DNA of 64,000 bases from a bacterium (GTDB lineage: Bacteria > Patescibacteriota > Minisyncoccia > Phycocordibacterales > Phycocordibacteraceae). The stretch's first letter is position 1. The number at the start of each line of letters is the position of its first letter. This document shows positions 28,422 through 37,527 of the stretch, piece by piece. The notes below the pieces were generated by a model, which was given only the letters and a program-made list of their open reading frames with translations, had not been told where the DNA came from and did no database searches. The stretch lies in assembly GCA_037200965.1 (NCBI GenBank), contig JBBCGK010000001.1, forward strand, positions 800,001-864,000. Direction: 5' to 3'. Made by a program: the position numbers and the translations under genes.

Positions 28422-28492
28422 TATTTAGTCCGCCTCCGGATCGACTTTCATCGTGCTGAAGAGTTTCATGTCGCGGTATTTGTTCGTCTCCC

Positions 28493-29341
28493 TTGGATGG
28501 CGCATACTACGAGGGAATGAAAACGAAACCCGACGGGCGCGAACTCAAGGGGTGGCGGCTTACGCTGCACCGCGTCATCTTCGAGTCGGATACGCCCGCC
28601 GGACGTTTCTTCGACACGGCGCTCCTGTGGATCATCGTGCTTTCGGTGCTCGTCGTAGTGCTCGACAGCGTCGAATCGTTCCACGCCCCGTTCGGTGCGT
28701 TCTTCCGTTATGCGGAATGGACGTTCACCATCCTCTTTACTATCGAGTACGTGCTTCGCCTTGTCTCGGTGCGCCGCCCCGCGCTCTATGCTACGAGCTT
28801 CTTCGGCATCATCGACCTCCTGGCGATCGTTCCGGCCTATGCCGCGGTACTTATCCCGGGCTTCCAGGCGGCCATGATTCTCCGCGTATTCCGGCTTTTG
28901 AGGGTCTTCCGGATACTGAAGCTCGCGCGGTTCGTCGTCGAGGGCGATACCCTGATGCAGGCGCTTCGCGCGAGCAAGGAGAAGATCGCCATTTTCATTC
29001 TCTTCGTCGCCTTTTCCGTTATATCGATGGGAAGCCTTATGTATCTCGTCGAAGGCCCCGAGCACGGGTTCACGAATATTCCCACGGGCATCTATTGGGC
29101 CATTGTGACGCTTTCGACCGTGGGCTTCGGCGATATAACGCCCGAGACCCCGCTTGGCCAGGCGATCGCGAGCTTCGTGATGCTTCTTGGCTACGGATTT
29201 ATCGCGGTGCCGACCGGGATCGTAACGTCGGAAATGGCGCGGGCAAAACACGGGGTCAACCGGCACGCGTGCGACGACTGCGGGAACACCGCTAATGATC
29301 CCGATGCGAGGTTCTGCAAGGTCTGCGGCGGAGCCTTATAG
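28493..29341 (+). CDS. Voltage-gated-like potassium channel (6TM, S4 Arg ladder, TVGFGD filter) with C-terminal zinc ribbon
   Basis: S4 RVFRLLRVFRILKLAR, selectivity filter TLSTVGFGDITP, C-terminal CDDCG...CKVCGG. TTG at 28493 or ATG at 28517. Confidence 0.75.
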   Translation: MDGAYYEGMKTKPDGRELKGWRLTLHRVIFESDTPAGRFFDTALLWIIVLSVLVVVLDSVESFHAPFGAFFRYAEWTFTILFTIEYVLRLVSVRRPALYATSFFGIIDLLAIVPAYAAVLIPGFQAAMILRVFRLLRVFRILKLARFVVEGDTLMQALRASKEKIAIFILFVAFSVISMGSLMYLVEGPEHGFTNIPTGIYWAIVTLSTVGFGDITPETPLGQAIASFVMLLGYGFIAVPTGIVTSEMARAKHGVNRHACDDCGNTANDPDARFCKVCGGAL

Positions 29342-29430
29342 CTATCCAAGCGCCCAGGGAGCTTATCCCCACCTGAAAGGAAAAACCGCGCTCGCTATAC
29401 TAAAGGGCATAGCCATAACGACGCATCACT

Positions 29431-30039
29431 ATGAGACTGTACTACTCCCCGGGCGCCTGCTCTCTTTCCCCGCATATCGTCGCCCGCGAAGCGGGGCTTC
29501 CGGTCGAACTTGATAAAGTCGATTTTAACGACGGACGGAAAACCGAGGACGGCTCGACGCTCGGGGAGGTGAACCCGAAGGGATATATCCCCGCACTGCG
29601 GCTCGATGACGGTCCGGTCCTTACCGAAGGAGTGGCGATCGTCCAGTACCTCGCCGATCAGGCGCCCGAAAAGAAGCTCATGCCGGAGCGGGGAACCACG
29701 GACTACTATCGCGCGCTCGAATGGCTTACGTTTATAAGCTCGGAGCTCCACAAGGGCTTCAGCCCCCTCTATAACCCCGCGATCGCGGAAGATGCGAAGA
29801 AAGCGGCAATTGAGAAAATCGGGAAGCGCGTAAGCTACGTGGAAGGAATGCTCGCGGGGAAGCAGTACCTTCTCGGAGACTCCTTCATGATTCCCGATGC
29901 CTATCTCTATACGATTCTGCGCTGGGCAAAGCGCTTCGAGATCGACCTGTCGGTATATCCGAACGTTACGGCGTTCATGGAACGGATGAGGGCGCGCCCG
30001 GGAGTTTCCGCGGCGCTTGCGGAAGAGGGCCTCGAATAA
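29431..30039 (+). CDS. Glutathione S-transferase (beta/GstA-like)
   Basis: N-terminal [15 protein letters not shown] thioredoxin-like domain and a C-terminal helical domain. Confidence 0.8.
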   Translation: MRLYYSPGACSLSPHIVAREAGLPVELDKVDFNDGRKTEDGSTLGEVNPKGYIPALRLDDGPVLTEGVAIVQYLADQAPEKKLMPERGTTDYYRALEWLTFISSELHKGFSPLYNPAIAEDAKKAAIEKIGKRVSYVEGMLAGKQYLLGDSFMIPDAYLYTILRWAKRFEIDLSVYPNVTAFMERMRARPGVSAALAEEGLE

Positions 30040-30040
30040 C

Positions 30041-30529
30041 ATGCAGAAAATCACCCCCTTTCTCTGGTTTAACGATACGGCGGAAGAGGCCGCGAACTTC
30101 TACGTATCCGTATTCAAGAACTCGAAGCTCGGCCGTATTGCCCGCTATCAGGGGAAGGAAGCGGAGCAAGTCTCGGGACGGCCGGAAGGTTCGGTGATGA
30201 CGGTCGGGTTCGAACTTGACGGTCAGGCGTTCACGGCGCTCAACGGCGGCCCCTTTTTCAAGTTTACGGAAGCGATCTCGTTCGTCGTGAACTGCGAAGG
30301 GCAGGAGGAGGTGGACGAGTTCTGGGACAAGCTCTCGGAAGGCGGGGAGAAGGGCCGGTGCGGATGGCTTAAGGATAAGTTCGGCGTATCCTGGCAGATC
30401 GTTCCTGTGGCGCTTGCGAGGCTCATGAGCGATCCTGATCCGGAGAAGTCAAAGCACGTAACGGCGGCGATGCTCCGGATGACCAAGCTCGACGTAGCGA
30501 CGCTTGAAGCGGCGTACGAAGAGGGATAA
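30041..30529 (+). CDS. VOC/PhnB-like protein
   Basis: [23 protein letters not shown]-terminus typical of PhnB-like VOC proteins; second copy of this fold in the window. Confidence 0.6.
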   Translation: MQKITPFLWFNDTAEEAANFYVSVFKNSKLGRIARYQGKEAEQVSGRPEGSVMTVGFELDGQAFTALNGGPFFKFTEAISFVVNCEGQEEVDEFWDKLSEGGEKGRCGWLKDKFGVSWQIVPVALARLMSDPDPEKSKHVTAAMLRMTKLDVATLEAAYEEG

Positions 30530-30572
30530 CGCTCCGATTTCCCAAAACCGGTTTTTATGCGATTATCCGCCC

Positions 30573-31403
30573 ATGGCTGAAAAGCGCCTGGAATCCGTCC
30601 ATGTCGTCCCGGGATATACCTTCTTCTATTGGGGGTTTACGCTTCCCAAGAAGGACTACGGTTCGTTTACGAAGCACTTCCGCCTCAAAGCCGGAAGCCT
30701 TACCACCCGCATCAGGCTCCTGATCGCGGGCAAGACATATCCCGCCAGGATCCGGCTTACCCGCATCACGACGAAGAACTCGCCGAACCGGGAAGTGGTG
30801 CAGATCTACTATGAGCGCGATTACGACACGCTGAAAGCGCTTCGGAAGTTCTTCATCTACAGCTACGCCTCCACGATCCGCAAGAGCAAGCCCAAGCTCA
30901 AGGAACTCATGGAGCTTGAACACATGGGCGGCGATTTGTTTAAGGTAGTCGCGCTCTCGAAGCAGGAAACGGACTTCGACGCGATGTTCCGTTTTATGGA
31001 GGAGAAGAACCTGTTCGAATTCTGGAGGGACGCGAAGAAGGGCAAGCGCGAATCTTTCTTTCTCGATTTCGCGCGGCACTGGATACCGGCGAAAGATCTC
31101 AGCAAGTATCGCGAGCGCGTGAACGTGATCTACGTCCTCTACAGTGAAAAGGATAAGCACCTGTATGTCGGCAAGGCGAACCGTTTCGGCGCGCGCCTTA
31201 AGGAAGGGCAGGGGCGTATCGGCCTTAAGAGCTGGGACAAGTTCATGTATTTCGAAATCGATCCTAAGTACGCGCACGCGCTCGAGGAAATCGAGGCGTA
31301 TACGATCAGGGTGCTCGCGTCGCTTTTCGACAACGACGTCAGGATGGCACCGCTCGGGCGGAAGGTGGAGCGGCTGGTGAACCGGCAGCTGAGGAGAAAA
31401 TAG
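30573..31403 (+). CDS. Two-domain protein with C-terminal GIY-YIG-like nuclease motif
   Basis: C-terminal VIYVLYSEKDKHLYVGKANRFGARLKEGQ fits GIY...YIG...R...E. N-terminal 180 aa unassigned. Confidence 0.45.
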   Translation: MAEKRLESVHVVPGYTFFYWGFTLPKKDYGSFTKHFRLKAGSLTTRIRLLIAGKTYPARIRLTRITTKNSPNREVVQIYYERDYDTLKALRKFFIYSYASTIRKSKPKLKELMELEHMGGDLFKVVALSKQETDFDAMFRFMEEKNLFEFWRDAKKGKRESFFLDFARHWIPAKDLSKYRERVNVIYVLYSEKDKHLYVGKANRFGARLKEGQGRIGLKSWDKFMYFEIDPKYAHALEEIEAYTIRVLASLFDNDVRMAPLGRKVERLVNRQLRRK

Positions 31404-31467
31404 GGATTCCGTTGTCCACACGTTTTATCGCTTCTTTATCTGCATTTTAAGAGCGGTTCAATGGCGT

Positions 31468-33468
31468 ATGCATATGGTTCCAAGGAACCATATTGCCGTG
31501 GCCATAACTACTTCGCTAAAGACCGGTTTCCTCCTCCTCGTCCTTGCAGGGTTGCTGGTTGCGGGCACGGCGGCGCACGCGGCTCCGCGCGTCTCTCCGT
31601 ACGGACCGGGCGAAACGCTCGCGCCCGACTGCCTTCCGGGCGAGGCGAACTGCAGCGTGCACGTGTCGACGAGCGATATCGCCGAAGGGGCGAATGCTTA
31701 TTACAGCGACGCGCGCGTGCTCTCGTATCTCGATTCTCTCGACGCCAGCCGGTTCTTTTCGACGACCTCGGCCGAGTACCTCCTTTCGCAGGGCGGCAGC
31801 GCCTCGTTCTCAAATGCGAGCATCACGAATGCCACGACGACGAACCTGTTTGCTTCGAACCTGACGCTTGGCACGCTCACGGGGTTTCTGAGGGCGACTG
31901 CGGGGGTGGTTGCGACGGCGCTCGTGAACCTGGCGTCGGACGTAACGGGCATATTGCCGATCGCAAACGGCGGCACGGGCAATCCGGCGGGCGGAACAAC
32001 GAACGGCGTGGAATATTATGACGGCCTCAAACTTACGAACGGATCGGGCTTCGTCTTCGACGGAAGCCATGTCGGCATCGGAACGACGACGCCGGCGTTT
32101 CCGTTCGTGCTTTCTGGAGCAAATTCCTCGACGACGTACCTTGATCCGAGCATCGGGGTTCCTGTCGTCCCGCAGGCGCTCCTTTCGACTTCGTATTCCG
32201 CCCCGGGCACCACCAATTTCGCAAATCTCTTTGTCGACACGACCGAGCGATACACCACCGCACAGGCGGGCGGCACCAACTACGGCATTTACGACAGCGT
32301 TACGATTCCCGCATCCGCGACGGTCGCCCAGCCTTCCATCGCGGCTCTTGGCGTATTTGCGAACCACCGGGGATCGGCGCCGATGTCGACCCTCTACGGC
32401 GCGAATCTGATTGCACGGTCAAGCGGGAGTGCGACGATAGCGAGCATGAACGGCTTTTTAGGATCGGTGCAGATAGCCGGCGGCACGGGCGCAACGTCGA
32501 CGAACGCGTCGGGCGTGACCGGAATCGTCGCGGTCACGTCTCCTTATAGCCGCATCACGAACGCCCAGGCCCTCTCCGCATCGCTTACGCTCGGCAACGC
32601 GAACGCGTCGTTTACGAACGGCTACGGGCTCAAGATCAACGACCTCATCAATACCGGAAGCATTACGAGCACCTACGGCGTCTATGTCGGGGATATAACC
32701 GCAGGCACGCAGACTAACCGGCCGTACTCCTTCTATGCGTTCGACGCGTCCGCGTACAATTATTTTGCCGGCAATACCGGCATCGGTACCTCAAGCCCGG
32801 CAACGGCGCTTGAAGTCGGCGGCGACGTCACCATCGACGCCATACTGAACTGCAACGGCCTTACCCAGGCGGTCGTCACCGACGCGAACGGGAAGCTGCA
32901 GTGCGGCGCGCTTACCCCTTCTGATAAGCGTCTCAAGACCAACATCGAACCGCTTGACGCGGCTTCCGGCCTTTCGCTTATCGAGAAACTCAGGCCGGTT
33001 TCGTACGACTGGAAAGATCCGCGGGTATACGGCAATTCGCCGCAGCTCCAGTACGGCTTCATCGCGCAGGAGGAGCGGGAGGTTGCGCCGAACCTGGTCG
33101 CCACCACGGCGCCGACCGCGCTTACGCCCGGCGAGACTTACGTATTCAATTATTTCGGCCTCATCGCGCCGATCGTAAAGGCTATTCAGGAACTTGACGC
33201 GCGCATCGTTGCGTTCGGAGAATCGTTTTCCTCGGCCGTGGCAACGTTTGGAGCGGTTACGACGCGCGACATAACGGTCGAGCAGGCGCTCTGCATCGGA
33301 AGCACCTGCGTTACGGAAGACGATCTCAAAGCGATTCTGTCGAATAACCGGATGCAGGCGCCGGCGCCTCCCCCGCCGCCCGCAGAGGAATCGGCCCCGG
33401 ATACCGCTTCGCCGGAAGAAGAAAGCGCGGATACGCCAAAGGACAGCGCGGATATCCCCGTTCCATGA
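31468..33468 (+). CDS. Tail-fibre-like secreted protein with C-terminal peptidase-S74 intramolecular chaperone auto-processing domain
   Basis: Signal/TM, long G/T/S/N/A-rich beta-repeat body, then SDKRLKTNIEPLDAASGLSLIEKLRPVSYDWK...GFIAQEEREVAPNLV, ending in a PPPPP/acidic tail. Confidence 0.65.
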   Translation: MHMVPRNHIAVAITTSLKTGFLLLVLAGLLVAGTAAHAAPRVSPYGPGETLAPDCLPGEANCSVHVSTSDIAEGANAYYSDARVLSYLDSLDASRFFSTTSAEYLLSQGGSASFSNASITNATTTNLFASNLTLGTLTGFLRATAGVVATALVNLASDVTGILPIANGGTGNPAGGTTNGVEYYDGLKLTNGSGFVFDGSHVGIGTTTPAFPFVLSGANSSTTYLDPSIGVPVVPQALLSTSYSAPGTTNFANLFVDTTERYTTAQAGGTNYGIYDSVTIPASATVAQPSIAALGVFANHRGSAPMSTLYGANLIARSSGSATIASMNGFLGSVQIAGGTGATSTNASGVTGIVAVTSPYSRITNAQALSASLTLGNANASFTNGYGLKINDLINTGSITSTYGVYVGDITAGTQTNRPYSFYAFDASAYNYFAGNTGIGTSSPATALEVGGDVTIDAILNCNGLTQAVVTDANGKLQCGALTPSDKRLKTNIEPLDAASGLSLIEKLRPVSYDWKDPRVYGNSPQLQYGFIAQEEREVAPNLVATTAPTALTPGETYVFNYFGLIAPIVKAIQELDARIVAFGESFSSAVATFGAVTTRDITVEQALCIGSTCVTEDDLKAILSNNRMQAPAPPPPPAEESAPDTASPEEESADTPKDSADIPVP

Positions 33469-34235
33469 GCTGCGCAAACGCCATGCGGGCGGTTGCCGGG
33501 ATAGCCATTGTCCTCGTTTTATCTCTCGGCGGCACACCCTTCGCGTTTGCCGCCGCCATCGATACGAGCTATCCGTATGCCTGGAGCGAGAATGTGGGAT
33601 GGATAAACTTCGCGCCTCCTTCCGGGGACGTCGAGGTAACCGATACCGGGCTTACCGGCTATGCCTGGAGCGGGAATGACGGCTGGATAAGCCTGCATCC
33701 GTCGGACGAAACCTACGTGCATAACGACGGCGGGGGCAATCTCTCGGGCTACGCGTGGGGAGAAAACCTCGGCTATATCGACTTCGCCGGCGTTTCGATA
33801 GATGCGGACGGTTTCTTCCACGGATACGCGAGCTCGACCGCCGCCGGACGCATCAGTTTTAACTGCGGGAATACCGGTTCCTGCGCCGCCGCTGACTTTA
33901 AGGTGCGTACGTTCTGGAGCACGGATATGGAGGCTGTCCCGCATTCATCCGGACGCGGGGGTTCCCCGTTTTTTCCGAACGCACCCGTTCTTTCTCCGGA
34001 GCGTTCTTCCGGCGCCGCGCTTACGGCGTATGGCCCGGTGTCCGGTTCGTTAGCCAGTGCGACGCCCCGTTTTGCCGAAGGAGGGACACGGCTCGCGCCG
34101 CAAACGCTCTTCGATATCGGCGTTCTTCCGCTCGTTTCTTCCCCGTCGTTCATCATTCCGGCATTCGCGCTCGGCGGCATCGCGCTCGCGTTTTTCTTTT
34201 TTGCTTTGCGGCGTTCCCGAAAGCGGGAGTCGTAG
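33465..34235 (+). CDS. Repeat-containing surface protein with C-terminal TM anchor and basic tail
   Basis: Three ~38-aa repeats with core GYAW(S/G)xNxGWI(N/S)(F/L); C-terminus hydrophobic then RRSRKRES. Start overlaps the upstream stop (ATGA). Confidence 0.5.
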   Translation: MSCANAMRAVAGIAIVLVLSLGGTPFAFAAAIDTSYPYAWSENVGWINFAPPSGDVEVTDTGLTGYAWSGNDGWISLHPSDETYVHNDGGGNLSGYAWGENLGYIDFAGVSIDADGFFHGYASSTAAGRISFNCGNTGSCAAADFKVRTFWSTDMEAVPHSSGRGGSPFFPNAPVLSPERSSGAALTAYGPVSGSLASATPRFAEGGTRLAPQTLFDIGVLPLVSSPSFIIPAFALGGIALAFFFFALRRSRKRES

Positions 34236-34544
34236 CGCGGGATTTTTCTGCCTCGATTTAAATCGGCGGTATTTCATATCATGGAGCTACGTTAAATTCC
34301 GTGTTGGTCAAAATACGCAAAAAAGCTTGAGGTATCGAGCCCTTTTGCCTGTTTTGAACGCGAATATACAAACACTTGTTTAATTGGCGGGAAAAACGTA
34401 TTTTTCAAGAACCTCTCCGGGAGCAACGGACCTGTTCCGGCTCGTATGTACGGGCTGGAATTTTCGCATTTAAAGGAATACCGCTTTCTCCGGTACGGAA
34501 AGATACCAACACGAATGGTTACTTAACTCAATCTTCTTATCCTT

Positions 34545-35519
34545 ATGAAGCATTGCCCGTATTGCCAGCATTCCGTTCAGCGCTGGGGTCATACCGAGAG
34601 CGGCGCGAGCCGTTTCTTCTGCCCGTCCTGCCGGAGGACGATAACCCGGAGGAAGCGCAAGGACGTGCGCGAGCGGCATTTACGCCATGAGCTCGACTTG
34701 TGGCTCGGGGGCAAGGACAACCTCAGGGAGATCAGTGAGAAGCGGCACGAGACGCGGCAGACGTTTTGGAAGCACATGCGCCCGCTCCTCAGTTTTCCGT
34801 TCGAGCCCGCGATACCCCGCGATCCGGTCCATACGCTCATCCTCGACGCGACGTACATCCACGGGAACGAGCTCTGCGCTTTGGTGGCGATCGACGAGAA
34901 CGACCGCATTTTCTGGCGTTTCGCGCCGCATGAGTCGTATACGGAGTGGTATGAATTCCTGAAGCTCTTTCCGCGGCCCAAAATCCTCGTCATGGACGGG
35001 CAAAAGGGACTCTTTCTCGCCGCAAGAAGCCTGTGGCCGCTGGTTCCGATACAGCGCTGCCAGTTCCACGTCATCGCCTTCTGCACACAATACACCGGCC
35101 GCCGTCCCAAGGACGACGCGTCCCGGTCCGTCCTCGACCTCCTCTATGAGCTCAAATACGCGAAGACTCCCGAGAGCCGCGACCAATGGATACGGCAGTA
35201 CAAGAAATGGGAGAGCAAATACGACCTCTTCCTCTATGCCCGCGGAAACTCCGGCGGGTACCGGTATCCGAAGCTCAGGAGTATCCGCTACGTCATCCGC
35301 AAGGCGCTGCCGAACCTCTTCACCTTCATCGATCACCCCGGGACCCCGAACACCACGAACCTCGTCGAGGGATGGGTGAACGCGGCGGTTGCTGAGGCGA
35401 TACGGCGGCACCGGGGAATCAAGGACTATGAGAAGAAGGTGCTCGTGTCGATCATCCTCACGCATCTCGTGCGCGGGGGCGACGGGAAGGTGAAGAAGTC
35501 TTTTTACGATTCGCTGTAA
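34545..35519 (+). CDS. IS1595-family (ISXO2-like) DDE transposase with N-terminal zinc ribbon
   Basis: CPYC...CPSC zinc ribbon; DDE residues in LILDATY, LVMDGQKG; C-terminal TNLVEGWVNAAVAEAIRRHRG matches the IS1595 NxxEgxW...R motif. Confidence 0.65.
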   Translation: MKHCPYCQHSVQRWGHTESGASRFFCPSCRRTITRRKRKDVRERHLRHELDLWLGGKDNLREISEKRHETRQTFWKHMRPLLSFPFEPAIPRDPVHTLILDATYIHGNELCALVAIDENDRIFWRFAPHESYTEWYEFLKLFPRPKILVMDGQKGLFLAARSLWPLVPIQRCQFHVIAFCTQYTGRRPKDDASRSVLDLLYELKYAKTPESRDQWIRQYKKWESKYDLFLYARGNSGGYRYPKLRSIRYVIRKALPNLFTFIDHPGTPNTTNLVEGWVNAAVAEAIRRHRGIKDYEKKVLVSIILTHLVRGGDGKVKKSFYDSL

Positions 35520-35543
35520 CCGTTTTTTGGTATACTTTGGCGG

Positions 35544-36314
35544 ATGCTCAAAGGACCGCCGCTCGACAAGATATGTCTCGACTTGAAGGGGGTGGATCGG
35601 TCCGGCTATCCTTTTTCGCTCCCTATTTTGGAGAATACGGAAGAAATATTCTTTCCCTCGCAAGTCACGTTCTTTGTGGGCGAGAACGGTACCGGCAAGT
35701 CCACAATTCTCGAGGCGATAGCTGTCATAGCTGGATTCGGGCCGGAAGGGGGAAGCAGGAATATTCATTTCAGCTCCTCCGAGGAACGTTTCCACGATGA
35801 TGCAAGGAAACTCGCCGCGCGCATGCGGCCTTCCTGGAGGAAAAAGCCCGCAGACGGAAACGGGTACTTCTTTCGGGCGGAGAGTTTCTTCAGCTTGGCC
35901 AATCATATCGACACGATCGCCCGTGAAGGCGGACAGGGGCCGGGGGCAGCATATGCGCCGTACGGAGGAAAGTCGCTCCATGAGCAGTCGCACGGCGAGA
36001 GCTTCCTCTCGTTCTTCATTAACCGGATACGTTCAGGCGGGTTTTTCGTCTTTGACGAACCGGAAGCCGCGTTATCTCCGCAGCGCCAGCTTTCGCTCCT
36101 GACAATCATTCACGATCTCTGCGAGGATCCCGATTCGCAATTCGTCATCGCGACTCACTCACCGATCTTGCTTGCGTATCCAGGCGCCACGATTTATTCG
36201 TGCGACAGCGGATCGCTCAGGCAAGTCGGTTATAAGGAAACGAGCCACTACGAGATCACCAGGGAATTTCTGGATAATCCCGAGCGGTATTTCGCGCAAT
36301 TGTTTAAGAAATAA
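35544..36314 (+). CDS. AAA/ABC-like stand-alone ATPase (AAA_21-like)
   Basis: Walker A GENGTGKST, Walker B FVFDEPEAALSP, ATHSP motif. Confidence 0.65.
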   Translation: MLKGPPLDKICLDLKGVDRSGYPFSLPILENTEEIFFPSQVTFFVGENGTGKSTILEAIAVIAGFGPEGGSRNIHFSSSEERFHDDARKLAARMRPSWRKKPADGNGYFFRAESFFSLANHIDTIAREGGQGPGAAYAPYGGKSLHEQSHGESFLSFFINRIRSGGFFVFDEPEAALSPQRQLSLLTIIHDLCEDPDSQFVIATHSPILLAYPGATIYSCDSGSLRQVGYKETSHYEITREFLDNPERYFAQLFKK

Positions 36315-36378
36315 CGAATTCGACTTTTCGGATACCGCATGGCATCCTGCGCTCGGGAAACAGTCCGGGGAGGACGCC

Positions 36379-36801
36379 ATGAAGCTTGCAAAAAGCGTTG
36401 TGGCGGCCTACCACAATGCATTCAATATCAAGTTTGCGCTGCCGTCAGCCGTTTGTAACGGCGCGATCGTGCTTGCGATCAACTGGCCGCATGGATCGAG
36501 CGAAGCCGCGTACGCGGGCCTGTGGCAGGCCTTCGCGTCGTTCTTCTCGACGGGTTTTACGGCGCGCGTCGTCCAGCACTTCTCGCCGATACAATCGCCG
36601 CTACCCGCGTACGCCTTGGGAAGCCTGATTCCCGCGGCGCTTACGTTCGGGATGAGCTTTGCCGCCCATTCCTATAACGGCACTAACGATCCGGTACTAA
36701 GCTCTTTGCCGGCAACGGCGATCAGCCTGGTCACGAGCGTCGGAACGAACTGGCTCACGCGCCGCGGATATCTGCTTCCGGGCAACTATCCGGAATCTTG
36801 A
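36379..36801 (+). CDS. Hypothetical membrane/exported protein
   Basis: 141 aa from ATG 36379 (GGGGAGG RBS). The longer ORF from 36172 overlaps the ATPase and is trimmed. Confidence 0.4.
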   Translation: MKLAKSVVAAYHNAFNIKFALPSAVCNGAIVLAINWPHGSSEAAYAGLWQAFASFFSTGFTARVVQHFSPIQSPLPAYALGSLIPAALTFGMSFAAHSYNGTNDPVLSSLPATAISLVTSVGTNWLTRRGYLLPGNYPES

Positions 36802-36811
36802 AGGTCGATCA

Positions 36812-36837
36812 CCCCGCCGGGCCAAAATCCGGCGGGG
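36812..36837 (+). terminator. GC-rich hairpin terminator
   Basis: CCCCGCCGG-gccaaaat-CCGGCGGGG followed by a T-rich stretch. Confidence 0.45.
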
Positions 36838-36885
36838 CATCAGTATATTTTATGCAGGACAGGTTGTATACGTTAAACTGCCTAA

Positions 36886-37410
36886 ATGGAAACCCCGGAA
36901 GCCATTCGCGAATTCGGTATCAAGCGGGAGAACGAAGAACGCCGGGACGGCGGGTGCGGCGTTGTCTTTGACCCCGCGACCCAGCGATACGCTATCGGCA
37001 AGCGGGATATGGACGGGCTGTTTCTTCTGTTTTCCGGCGGCGTTGCGGACGATGAGGATATGGAACAGGGCGTCCTGCGAGAAGTGAGGGAAGAGAGCGG
37101 CCTTCATGATTTTCTGTACGTGGAGAAGATCGCCGAAGCTTTTACGCACTATCACAACAAAGCCAAGAACGTGAACCGGGTTGCCAAGGCCACCTGCTTT
37201 CTCGTTATTCTGAGGAGTTCCGATCTCATACCGACGCAGCTTGAAGCGCATGAGCAGTTCTCGCTCGCGTGGGTTACGACCGAAGATATCCTTTCGAACT
37301 GGCGGGAGCGCAACCAAGACCAGGGTCTCGATCACTGGGTATGGTTCCTCGAAAAGTCAGTCGCACGCGCGATCGAGCTTGGGTACGACACCTCCCGTTC
37401 CGTTGCGTGA
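36886..37410 (+). CDS. NUDIX hydrolase
   Basis: Nudix box GGVADDEDMEQGVLREVREESGL. Confidence 0.7.
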   Translation: METPEAIREFGIKRENEERRDGGCGVVFDPATQRYAIGKRDMDGLFLLFSGGVADDEDMEQGVLREVREESGLHDFLYVEKIAEAFTHYHNKAKNVNRVAKATCFLVILRSSDLIPTQLEAHEQFSLAWVTTEDILSNWRERNQDQGLDHWVWFLEKSVARAIELGYDTSRSVA

Positions 37411-37527
37411 AGAAAGCCGGTAGTTGCGCGTTATTTCGTTCACCGCCGGTTCACGGCGCGTTTCATACCATACGGGCCGGTGCGGTGTCTCAGTACCGAG
37501 ACGCACCGCATGCGATTAGCAGTCTAA

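Noticed and set aside
28286-28492. c-di-AMP (ydaO) or fluoride riboswitch upstream of the ion channel
   Set aside because: The structured region is only about 90 nt and I cannot match it to the conserved cores of those riboswitches from memory. It is kept as an unclassified structured element only.
28453-29295. 280-aa plus-strand ORF overlapping the K+ channel gene out of frame
   Set aside because: Arg-rich nonsense; the channel frame has the S4 Arg ladder and the TVGFGD filter.
34236-34544. Left inverted repeat of the IS1595-like element in the 300-bp spacer
   Set aside because: No sequence there has a reverse-complement partner in the 25 nt after the transposase stop, so the element ends remain undefined.
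36172-36378. N-terminal extension of the 36379-36801 ORF overlapping the AAA ATPase gene
   Set aside because: The overlap region is in the ATPase coding frame. An internal ATG with a GGGGAGG RBS at 36379 gives a non-overlapping start.
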